A DNA stretch of 15,965 bases, taken from an uncultured Phycisphaerales bacterium. GTDB lineage: Bacteria; Planctomycetota; Phycisphaerae; Phycisphaerales; SM1A02. Shown in pieces: positions 7,278-14,305 of this stretch. The stretch is taken from the NCBI GenBank assembly GCA_938084645.1, contig CALKEP010000071.1, positions 1 to 15,965 of the forward strand, in the 5' to 3' direction. The stretch's first letter is position 1. The number at the start of each line of letters is the position of its first letter. Under the pieces are notes generated by a model, which saw nothing but the letters and a program-made list of their open reading frames with translations, was not told where the DNA came from and ran no database searches. The translations under genes and the position numbers were made by a program.

Positions 7278-8900
7278 TCAGGACCAGTTCGCGAACAGGA
7301 ATCCGAGATCGGCCGCGTCGACGATGCCGTCCTCGTTGAGATCCGCGGGACAGGGGACGCCCTTGCCGCACGGCCCCCAGGCCACGATCAGCAGTCCGAG
7401 GTCAGCGGCGTTCACCACGCCGTCGCCATTGAGGTCGCCGACCAGCGCGGCGTCGCCGAGCTCGCCGTTGACGCGGAGGTTCTGCCCGTAGATCCGCCGG
7501 CTCGACCCGTCCCGCTCGTCGCTCCAGGCGATCACGATCTCGCCGCTCGGACTCGTCGCGGTGGTGGTTCGGCTCTTGTTGGAATCGACGTTCGAGATCG
7601 CGACGCCACCGGCCACGCCACCGGCGTCCCCGGTCCAGACGGCCGAACCGTCCGAATCGACGGCCGCGGCGAAGATGAAGGTCGGCTGTGGAATGAACCC
7701 GCTGTTCCAGATCACCGTGGTGCCACCGTCGTCCCGAGGATGGCATCCGGCCGCGGTGGTCTGCGTCGACCCGAGCGGGAGGAAGGTGATGCCGGTGGTG
7801 CCCCAGGCCCGCGCCGTCCCTTCGAATCGCTGGCCCTTGAGTGAGAACTGGCTCTGCGCCGAATTCTGGGTGATCCAGTAGCAGGTGATGTCCTCGGAGA
7901 TCGGGTCGATGCACGCGACGGGATTGACCTGCGTCTCGCCCACCGCGGTGACGCCGTACTGCGACGTCGAGAATCGAAGCGAGCCGTCCGCGCGGACCTG
8001 CTGCACGAAGCACCGAAGACTCGGGACGGAGCTGTACCACGTCGCGACCGCGCCGCCGCGTCCGTCGGAGATCAGCTTCGGGAAGTTTCCGATCTGGACC
8101 GAGCCGCTGGTGAAGATGCCGACGTCGCTCGCGCCCCACATCTCGCTGCCGTCGGTATCGAACTTCTGGGCCTTGAGCGGTCGCGGCGACGTGAAGCCGC
8201 CGAAGCCCACGGTCATCAGCACGCACTGTCCGCTCGCGCCGGGCGCGTCCGACGCGACGAGTGAACTGGCCGCGATGCCGGTGGGTCGGGTCATGGTGTA
8301 CGACCACAGGATGTCACCCTTGGGCGAGAGCTTGCGAAGTTCAATCACCGACGGGCCGCTGTTGGGGAACCGGGTCCATGCGGCAACGCTGTTGCCGTCG
8401 CTGGTCGCGGCGATGGTGGGCGAGGCGACGTCCTGCGAGTTGCCGGCGTTGAGCACGACACCGTCGCCCCAGGGCATGGTGCCGTCGGCGAGCACGCGGT
8501 TCGCGACGATCTGCGTGCCGGGAAGCGAGTCGCCGCGGTAGGCGAGGACCGCGGCACCGCTGGTGTCGACGTCGAGTCCGTAGGACTGGGTCGAGGAGAA
8601 GGACCGATCCGCCACGGTGAGGGCGCCCGACCACTCGGGGACGCCGGTGGGGGTCACCAACTGCAGTCGGACGTCGTAACCGCCGCCCGGATTCTCGAGC
8701 CACGACACGTAGGTGGTGCCGTCGGCGAGCCGGGCGAGCAGCGGCTGGTTCTGGGTGCCGGTGCCGGCGCCGAGCAGGTTGTTCACCGACGCGTCGTCGC
8801 TCCACTGGGCGGTCGCGGCCGAGGTCGCCGCGGCGGCGACGCCGATCGCGAGGAGGCGTCGAAGGAAGGACTGCCTGCGTGGGCGCGTGGTGGACATCAT
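7278..8900 (-). CDS. Secreted beta-repeat (propeller-like) protein with C-terminal Planctomycete dockerin-like domain
   Basis: GAGGAG RBS; signal peptide ending AATA-Q; repeated (P..)...G...v.W...Q....G...WG units; tail GDLNGDGVVNAADLGLLIVAWGPC...CPADLNEDGIVDAADLGFLFANWS. Confidence 0.85.
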   Translation of the reverse strand: MMSTTRPRRQSFLRRLLAIGVAAAATSAATAQWSDDASVNNLLGAGTGTQNQPLLARLADGTTYVSWLENPGGGYDVRLQLVTPTGVPEWSGALTVADRSFSSTQSYGLDVDTSGAAVLAYRGDSLPGTQIVANRVLADGTMPWGDGVVLNAGNSQDVASPTIAATSDGNSVAAWTRFPNSGPSVIELRKLSPKGDILWSYTMTRPTGIAASSLVASDAPGASGQCVLMTVGFGGFTSPRPLKAQKFDTDGSEMWGASDVGIFTSGSVQIGNFPKLISDGRGGAVATWYSSVPSLRCFVQQVRADGSLRFSTSQYGVTAVGETQVNPVACIDPISEDITCYWITQNSAQSQFSLKGQRFEGTARAWGTTGITFLPLGSTQTTAAGCHPRDDGGTTVIWNSGFIPQPTFIFAAAVDSDGSAVWTGDAGGVAGGVAISNVDSNKSRTTTATSPSGEIVIAWSDERDGSSRRIYGQNLRVNGELGDAALVGDLNGDGVVNAADLGLLIVAWGPCGKGVPCPADLNEDGIVDAADLGFLFANWS

Positions 8901-8936
8901 CGGGAACTCCTCGGTAGGCGTGATCTCAAACGCTCA

Positions 8937-8945
8937 AGCCTAACA
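8937..8945 (-). promoter_or_regulatory. Extended -10 promoter TGtTAGGCT
   Basis: Plus-strand agcctaaca reads TGTTAGGCT on the minus strand, 36 nt upstream of ATG 8900. Confidence 0.45.
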
Positions 8946-9071
8946 CCACGGCGGCGGAATCCAGCACGGAATGACGCCAGTTCCCGATCCCCGCGGCACG
9001 TGACGATGCATGGGCCGAGAAAAACGCCCGCGTTCGCGGATCGAGGGCGCCGGGCGCGCGGGTCGGGACGT

Positions 9072-9128
9072 TCAGGACGCGATCATGATTCCGAAGTCCG
9101 CGCCGTCGATGACGCCGTCGGTCCACCG
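9072..9128 (-). pseudogene. Relic half-dockerin coding fragment
   Basis: In frame after the peptidase stop: RWT-DGVIDGADFGIMIAS-TGA, aligning with DGIVDAADLGFLFANW of the neighbouring dockerin-like domain. Confidence 0.6.
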
Positions 9129-9890
9129 TCAAGGCGTCGGAATCGGATCCAGTTCCCAGAGCTGCTGCACCACTCGCGCGCCCTGCGGATCGACCTCGCG
9201 GAGTTCGCTGCGGACGTAGGGATGGAAGTCGTTGGTGCCGTAGAGCGCCTCGGTGGTCTCGGCGAACCACTCCATCTGGTTGGTGAGGGCGTAGTGCCGT
9301 CGGGGCTTGCCGGAGATGTGGCCGACCTTGTCGTAGTAGCCCGCGTCCCGGGATCGCTCGAACGCCTCGATGATCGCCTTGTCGTCGTAGCCGAAGACCT
9401 GGTCGTGGTAGCCGTGGGCAAGTTCGTGCAGCACCATCCAGGGCTGGCCCTTCGTCCAGTCGAGAAACGCCCGGGCGTTGCCGATCTCGACCGTGCCTTC
9501 CTTGTCGCCGTTGTAGCCGTTGGGGATCAACCAGTCCTTCGAGACGTGGTAGCACATGCAGGCCGTCTTCGGCATGTCGAGTTCGACCCAGATCTCGATG
9601 TCCTTGAGGCGAGCCAGCGCGGGCTTCGGGATCACCCGGGTGATCATGTAGAGCTGGTGGTCGAGTTCCTCGAGCGTGGCCCTGCAGAGGCGCTCTTCGG
9701 CGAGCAGGGCGGGATTGATCCGGACGGTCCAGCCTCGCATGTCCTGGACGAGGTAGTCGGCGGTCGGCGTCGGCGGTGCCGTCGGGCGGGATGGGTCGAG
9801 GATCGATGTCGGGCTGCTGCAGCAGGGGGGCGGCGGGTCCGCGACCAGGAATGCGGCGGTGGCGACGGCGATGACGGAGAGAAGGCTCAT
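9129..9890 (-). CDS. Secreted zinc metallopeptidase-like protein (HEXXH; lethal-factor/MtfA-like gluzincin), 253 aa
   Basis: Start ATG 9890 (signal peptide MSLLSVIAVATAAFLVA); VLHELAHGYHD; YALTNQMEWFAETTEA; TNDFHPY. Confidence 0.85.
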   Translation of the reverse strand: MSLLSVIAVATAAFLVADPPPPCCSSPTSILDPSRPTAPPTPTADYLVQDMRGWTVRINPALLAEERLCRATLEELDHQLYMITRVIPKPALARLKDIEIWVELDMPKTACMCYHVSKDWLIPNGYNGDKEGTVEIGNARAFLDWTKGQPWMVLHELAHGYHDQVFGYDDKAIIEAFERSRDAGYYDKVGHISGKPRRHYALTNQMEWFAETTEALYGTNDFHPYVRSELREVDPQGARVVQQLWELDPIPTP

Positions 9891-9896
9891 GCGCTC

Positions 9897-9926
9897 ATCG
9901 TGCCATGAATTCGTTCGCGCGGTCAA
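9897..9926 (-). promoter_or_regulatory. Sigma70-type promoter TTGACC-N18-CACGAT, leaderless geometry
   Basis: -35 at 9926-9921; TG-extended -10 at 9902-9897, 6 nt from ATG 9890; no convincing SD. Confidence 0.5.
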
Positions 9927-9959
9927 TGTTTTCGACGCGGAAGCGGATCCCTGAAGCGG

Positions 9960-9965
9960 TACGCT
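9960..9965 (+). promoter_or_regulatory. -10 box TACGCT, leaderless geometry
   Basis: 7 nt upstream of ATG 9973; no convincing SD. Confidence 0.4.
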
Positions 9966-9972
9966 GGACGCC

Positions 9973-11394
9973 ATGAACATCTCTCGCCTCGGAATCCGCG
10001 TCCTCTTCGTCCTCGCCCTCGCCATCGCCGTCGCGGGCTCGGCCCGGCCCGCCGCCGCTGCGGATCCGCCCACCGTCCACGCGATCGCCGACATCAGCCA
10101 GGAATTCACCTTCTATATGGATGGCCGGTTCCACCGGCAGTACCTGAAGGACGTCGCCGCGAGCACCCAGAACTGGGGCACGCTGTCGAAGCTCGATCTC
10201 GACAACGCCAACCTGCTGCTGCTGGTGGCCGGCAATCCTCGGATTCCGTATTCGGCGGCGTCGATCGAACACGTTCGTCGTTTCGTCGAGGAAGGTGGCA
10301 CGATGCTCTTGATGGGCAACGGTGCCGATCCGATGCCGCCGGGCCAGGCCGTGGCCGCGGTCTTCGACGCCCGGTTCACCACCACGCGGGCCCGCAAGCC
10401 GATCGGTGGACTCGGTGAACTCGACGGCGAGGAGATCGTCTTCAACGGTGGCACGGTGCTCGACCTCGGCGCCGACTGGACCACGCTCGCGACCGATCGC
10501 GACGGGCGACCCGTTCTCGGCTCGCGGCGATTCGGGAAGGGGAACGTGATCCTCGGGGCCCGCGGGCTCTTCGGGCGCAAGCCCGATGCGAGCGACCCGA
10601 TCAATGCCGAATGGATCACGCCGATGCTCGTGAGTCGGGCGGCGACGAAGCCGATCGATCCCAGGAAGCGACCGCGACCGATCCGGGCGGAGTTGAAGCG
10701 GGAAATCGGTCCGCTCACCCTCCAGTACCACGAGGGGACCGCGCCGTTCGCCGAGGCGGTCTACGACGTCTACCGCGAAGTCCGACCGCATCTCGTCGAG
10801 ATCACCGGCGTGGAACCGTCGCCGGGCATGATCAAGTCGATGCTGATCCTGCCCACCGGCGGCGGCGGATTCTCCAGTGGCGTGCTCATCGCGATCGGGG
10901 CGTGGTGGGGGAACTACCCCGAGCAGCGGTATCCGATGGTCGAACTGGTCGCCCACGAGGCGGGGCATTCCTGGGTCCTGCCGCACGCCGAACCGCTCTG
11001 GAACGAACCGATCGCCACGTGGCTCGGCATCGAGACCGGTCGTCGGCTCGGCTTCCCGGAAGCCGACGCGACGATCGCCCGGCAGATCGCGAAGGCCCGA
11101 CGACGCGATCCCGATCTCACGAAGCTGAACCCGCTCGCGGAGGACGCCCACCGCGACGTGATCTGGGGCAAGTCGTACTTCGTCTTCGAGGAACTCGAAC
11201 GTCTGCACGGCCCGGGCGCGATGGCGAAGTACTTCCAGACCAAGCGACGGCTGGTCGAGCGAGAACGCGACGGCTACTCGATGGACGATGCGGTCGCGGT
11301 GTGGAGCGTCGCCGTCGGCGAGGACCTCTTCCCGTGGTTCCAGTCGCTCGCGTTCGACGTGGATCCGTCGCGAACCGATCTCGAGACCCCCTGA
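9973..11394 (+). CDS. Secreted protein: N-terminal class-I GATase-like/DUF4350-like domain plus C-terminal HEXXH gluzincin-like peptidase domain
   Basis: Signal peptide; LDNANLLLLVAG...IEHVRRFVEEGGTMLLMG...PVLGSRRFGKGNVIL pattern; VAHEAGHSW followed by WNEPIATW. Confidence 0.8.
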   Translation: MNISRLGIRVLFVLALAIAVAGSARPAAAADPPTVHAIADISQEFTFYMDGRFHRQYLKDVAASTQNWGTLSKLDLDNANLLLLVAGNPRIPYSAASIEHVRRFVEEGGTMLLMGNGADPMPPGQAVAAVFDARFTTTRARKPIGGLGELDGEEIVFNGGTVLDLGADWTTLATDRDGRPVLGSRRFGKGNVILGARGLFGRKPDASDPINAEWITPMLVSRAATKPIDPRKRPRPIRAELKREIGPLTLQYHEGTAPFAEAVYDVYREVRPHLVEITGVEPSPGMIKSMLILPTGGGGFSSGVLIAIGAWWGNYPEQRYPMVELVAHEAGHSWVLPHAEPLWNEPIATWLGIETGRRLGFPEADATIARQIAKARRRDPDLTKLNPLAEDAHRDVIWGKSYFVFEELERLHGPGAMAKYFQTKRRLVERERDGYSMDDAVAVWSVAVGEDLFPWFQSLAFDVDPSRTDLETP

Positions 11395-11408
11395 GGTCGC
11401 GAACGAAA

Positions 11409-11437
11409 CACCCCCCGGGCGAGGGGCCCGAGGGGTG
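11409..11437 (-). terminator. Intrinsic terminator-like hairpin between convergent genes
   Basis: cacccc-c-cgggc gaggg gcccg-a-ggggtg; the C/A mismatch is G-U on the minus strand, followed by UUUCGUU; outer cgaacg/cgttcg can extend the stem. Confidence 0.7.
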
Positions 11438-11472
11438 CGTTCGATTCGATCTTCAGGTCGGTGTTCGGTCGC

Positions 11473-12444
11473 TCACTTCTTCGCGCGGGTGAGCTTCTTC
11501 GCCGCGGTCATCGCGTCTCGGGCCGCACCGGCGGGGACCGGGACGCCATCGAGTTTGAATTCCGTCATGGTGAGGGTCATGGTGTCGCCCTCGATCCTTC
11601 GGTAGCCCAGGGCGGAGATCCGGTCCCCGGTGGCGTTGCGGCCTCGCCAGGAGACCTCCATCGTGGTGGCGCCGTCGATCTTCCCGATGACGGGCGTCGC
11701 CCAGCCGGCGGAGCCGTTCGCGCCCATGAAGTGCATGCGGACCCGGTCGGCGACCCGGTCGTACATGTAGGTCACGGTCGAATCCTCGGTGGTCTTCCCG
11801 TCGGCGCCGACGGTGTGGGTGGTTTCGACGAGCGTCTCCTTGCCGGGGCCCCATTCGACCTTCGCGATCCTGGCCTGTCCGTTCTCGGTGAAGTTCCAGG
11901 TTCCGACCAGCAGGTCCGCGGTGGGGAACGCACGCTGGAAGTGGTTCACGGGCGACCAGGTCAGGCTCGCGGGGACCGGCGATCCCGACTTCATCTCGAT
12001 GGACCGAGCCACGCCGTCGGCGTTGAAGACGTCGGTCATCTGGAACGACCGGATCTCCTTCTTCTCGTTCCAGGTCCTCACATCCCAGACGTAGGTCATG
12101 CCGTCGACGTCGGCGAGGCTTCCCATGGTCGTCACGAGCCCGTCGGCACCGGTCTCGACCTCGACGAATCGAACCTTGCCGAGCTTCTCGTCCCAGCCGC
12201 AGAACCCCGCCAAGGTCGTCGCGGGTCCGTCGCCGACCGACTGGAAGCGGTAGTTGATCCGCTCGAACGGAACGCCCCATTCGACCTCGAACGTGCCCAC
12301 CACCTCGCCGGACTCGCCGTCCTTGAGCATGTGGTCGCCGGTGTATCGACCCATCGCCGTCCACCAGTCGTCGGCGGTCGGCGGCGCCGCCTGGAGCGCG
12401 GTGGTGGCCATCGTGATCGTCAGGATCGTCGTCAATCGTTTCAT
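11473..12444 (-). CDS. Secreted hypothetical protein with two tandem beta-barrel (DUF1579-like) domains
   Basis: GGAG RBS; signal peptide MKRLTTILTITMATTALQA; internal duplication (VEWGVPFER / VEWGPGKET; GWDEKLGKVR / YDRVADRVR); paralogue of 14306..15310. Confidence 0.8.
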   Translation of the reverse strand: MKRLTTILTITMATTALQAAPPTADDWWTAMGRYTGDHMLKDGESGEVVGTFEVEWGVPFERINYRFQSVGDGPATTLAGFCGWDEKLGKVRFVEVETGADGLVTTMGSLADVDGMTYVWDVRTWNEKKEIRSFQMTDVFNADGVARSIEMKSGSPVPASLTWSPVNHFQRAFPTADLLVGTWNFTENGQARIAKVEWGPGKETLVETTHTVGADGKTTEDSTVTYMYDRVADRVRMHFMGANGSAGWATPVIGKIDGATTMEVSWRGRNATGDRISALGYRRIEGDTMTLTMTEFKLDGVPVPAGAARDAMTAAKKLTRAKK

Positions 12445-12631
12445 CTCTTCGTTCTCCGTTCGGTTTCAAATCCATCGCTCGTCCTGCGACGCCGCAGGAA
12501 CTCGTCTCGTCGTCCTTCGTCGCGTGTGACGCGGACTTGGTGATGATGGCAGATCGACGACCAACGTGACGCCGTCCGAAGGTCGGACGACGAGCGTGTG
12601 ATGGAGACGCCGAAGGCGAGCGAACGTTTGT

Positions 12632-13339
12632 TCAGCTGGAACTCGGAATGCGGCTTGAGATCCACCCGATGAACGCGGGCTGCGCTCGTGACGCGACGAG
12701 GATCTTGCCGGTTCCCTTGAACCGAAGCACCACGCCTTCGCCGGTCTTCACCGACCCGACGACCTTGCCGAGGAATCCGCCGCCCTGGCCGGTCGACATC
12801 GAGGCGCTCATCTCGACGGTGCCCGGCCAGCCGACCACGTGCCCGCTGTCGACGATGAGTTCCCCGCCCGGCGGAATCGACATCTCCTGGATCGCGCCAA
12901 GCGCGGAGACGCAGAGCTTGCCGGTGCCTGAGACGTTCATGATGAAGAAGCCGCCGGTCCCACCGAAGAAGGACCCGCTGATGCTCTTGTTCCGCTTGGT
13001 CGCGATCTCGAGGGAATCTTCAGCGCAGAGGAAGGCGCCGTCGGTCAACGACCACGATTCATCGCTGAGTTCCACGACGCGGACTTCGCCCGGATGGCCC
13101 GGGGCGAAGAGGATCCTGCCCGCTCCACCTTCGGCGGTCGCGTGCTGCATGAAGAAGGACTCGCCGGTGGTGGCGGCCCGGGCCAGCGACTTCAAGACGC
13201 CGCCCTTGGCCTTGCCGGTCAGGACGATGGTGTCCTCCATCGCAGCCATGGCGCCGCCTTCCGCGATCACGGTCTCGCCCGGGGCGAGCTGGGCGGAGAT
13301 GAAGGGATCGGTCGTGCCTTGGATCGTGAATTCAGCCAT
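12632..13339 (-). CDS. AIM24 / TIGR00266 family protein
   Basis: LAPGETVIAEGGAM, TGESFFMQ, GAFLC, FFGGTGGFFIMNVSGTG, VDSGHVVGW, TGEGVVLRFKGTGKILV. Confidence 0.92.
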   Translation of the reverse strand: MAEFTIQGTTDPFISAQLAPGETVIAEGGAMAAMEDTIVLTGKAKGGVLKSLARAATTGESFFMQHATAEGGAGRILFAPGHPGEVRVVELSDESWSLTDGAFLCAEDSLEIATKRNKSISGSFFGGTGGFFIMNVSGTGKLCVSALGAIQEMSIPPGGELIVDSGHVVGWPGTVEMSASMSTGQGGGFLGKVVGSVKTGEGVVLRFKGTGKILVASRAQPAFIGWISSRIPSSS

Positions 13340-13435
13340 GGTGACGCGGAGCTCCGGTTGAAAGAGTCGGTGACGTGATGGTTGTTCGAGATGATCGACG
13401 ATGAATTTCGATGCGCCCGGGTCCGGTGGCGGATC

Positions 13436-14209
13436 TCATTCGGTGAGCGGTGTCAGTTCGGTGATCCGGAGATTCCGCACGCGGACCGTCATCGGCGGGC
13501 CCTGGTGGACCTGCAGGGCGAATCCGCCTCGGGCCGCGGACTTCGGATGTCGATCGACGGCCAGCATCATCCGCTTGCCATCGATCCAGTGTTCGAGCCT
13601 CGGCCCGACCGCGACGATCCGGTAGGTGTGCCAGCCGTCCTTCTTCGGATCGGCCTCGACGGACTTCAGGTGCTTCTGCAGCGCCTGGTCGTCCCGCCGG
13701 GGTTCGAGGTCCTTGCGAGTGCCGTCGGCATCGAAACGAACGGACTCGCCCCGCTGGACCGCGATGCCCCGGCCACGGGTCTCATAGAGGATGCCGCTGT
13801 ATCGATGGGCCTCGTCGAAGTCGGCCTGGTAGCCGGAGAGGTCGTAGCCGTCGGTGACCTCGGGACCGGTCGCGGTCGAGCGGTACTGCATGCCGCTGTT
13901 CGCGCCGGCGCCCTCGAGCTTGATCTCGAATTCGAGTTCGAAGTCGGTGAAGGTCCCCGGGTGGTGCAGGTAGGTGGTCGTGTTGCAGGGATTCTCGGCG
14001 GTGGAACGACCGACGATCTCGCCGTTCTCGACGGACCAGAAACGCTCGTCACCGCGCCATCCCTTGAGCGACTTGCCGTCGAAGAGCGGCGTCGTCGCAT
14101 TCTTTCCGACGACCTGGTCGCCGACTCGCATGGTCGGCGGTTCGGTCGGCGTCGGGTCGACTGCGCCGGGGCCGAGGTGCAGGAGAAACGCGATGGCGAG
14201 GATCTTCAT
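13436..14209 (-). CDS. DUF1080 (3-keto-disaccharide hydrolase-like, family 16 glycoside hydrolase-related fold) secreted protein, 257 aa
   Basis: Start ATG 14209 (MKILAIAFLL); LFDGKSLKGW, DFELEFE, NSGMQYRS, GYQAD, GWHTYRI, GGFALQVH, RNLRI. Confidence 0.92.
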   Translation of the reverse strand: MKILAIAFLLHLGPGAVDPTPTEPPTMRVGDQVVGKNATTPLFDGKSLKGWRGDERFWSVENGEIVGRSTAENPCNTTTYLHHPGTFTDFELEFEIKLEGAGANSGMQYRSTATGPEVTDGYDLSGYQADFDEAHRYSGILYETRGRGIAVQRGESVRFDADGTRKDLEPRRDDQALQKHLKSVEADPKKDGWHTYRIVAVGPRLEHWIDGKRMMLAVDRHPKSAARGGFALQVHQGPPMTVRVRNLRITELTPLTE

Positions 14210-14216
14210 GACCGAG

Positions 14217-14222
14217 ATGGTA
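14217..14222 (-). promoter_or_regulatory. -10 box TACCAT, leaderless geometry
   Basis: 7 nt upstream of ATG 14209, just downstream of a terminator; no SD. Confidence 0.4.
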
Positions 14223-14248
14223 TCGGCTCCCGGTGTTCCGTCATGAGA

Positions 14249-14278
14249 ACCGCCCGCCGGCATGCGCCGACGGGCGGT
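14249..14278 (-). terminator. Terminator-like hairpin downstream of 14306..15310
   Basis: accgcccg-c-cggc atgc gccg-a-cgggcggt, 13-bp stem; the mismatch is G-U on the minus strand; weak U tract. Confidence 0.6.
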
Positions 14279-14305
14279 CTGGATTCGCTGGGATTCGATT
14301 TCTGG

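Noticed and set aside
9072..9131. UGA recoding (Trp or Sec) as an alternative genetic code
   Set aside because: TGA terminates essentially all genes here at sensible domain ends and Trp is encoded by TGG; no SECIS evidence.
9891..10109. Upstream extensions of the 9129, 6196 (7204-7371), 13436 (14210-14263) and 14306 (15314-15364) ORFs
   Set aside because: They overlap neighbours, terminators or promoter/RBS signals; signal peptides begin at the downstream ATGs.
12441..12665. 74-aa minus-strand ORF with an ATGA overlap onto the 12444 start
   Set aside because: Non-protein-like composition, starts inside the AIM24 gene, no RBS; the downstream gene has its own SD.
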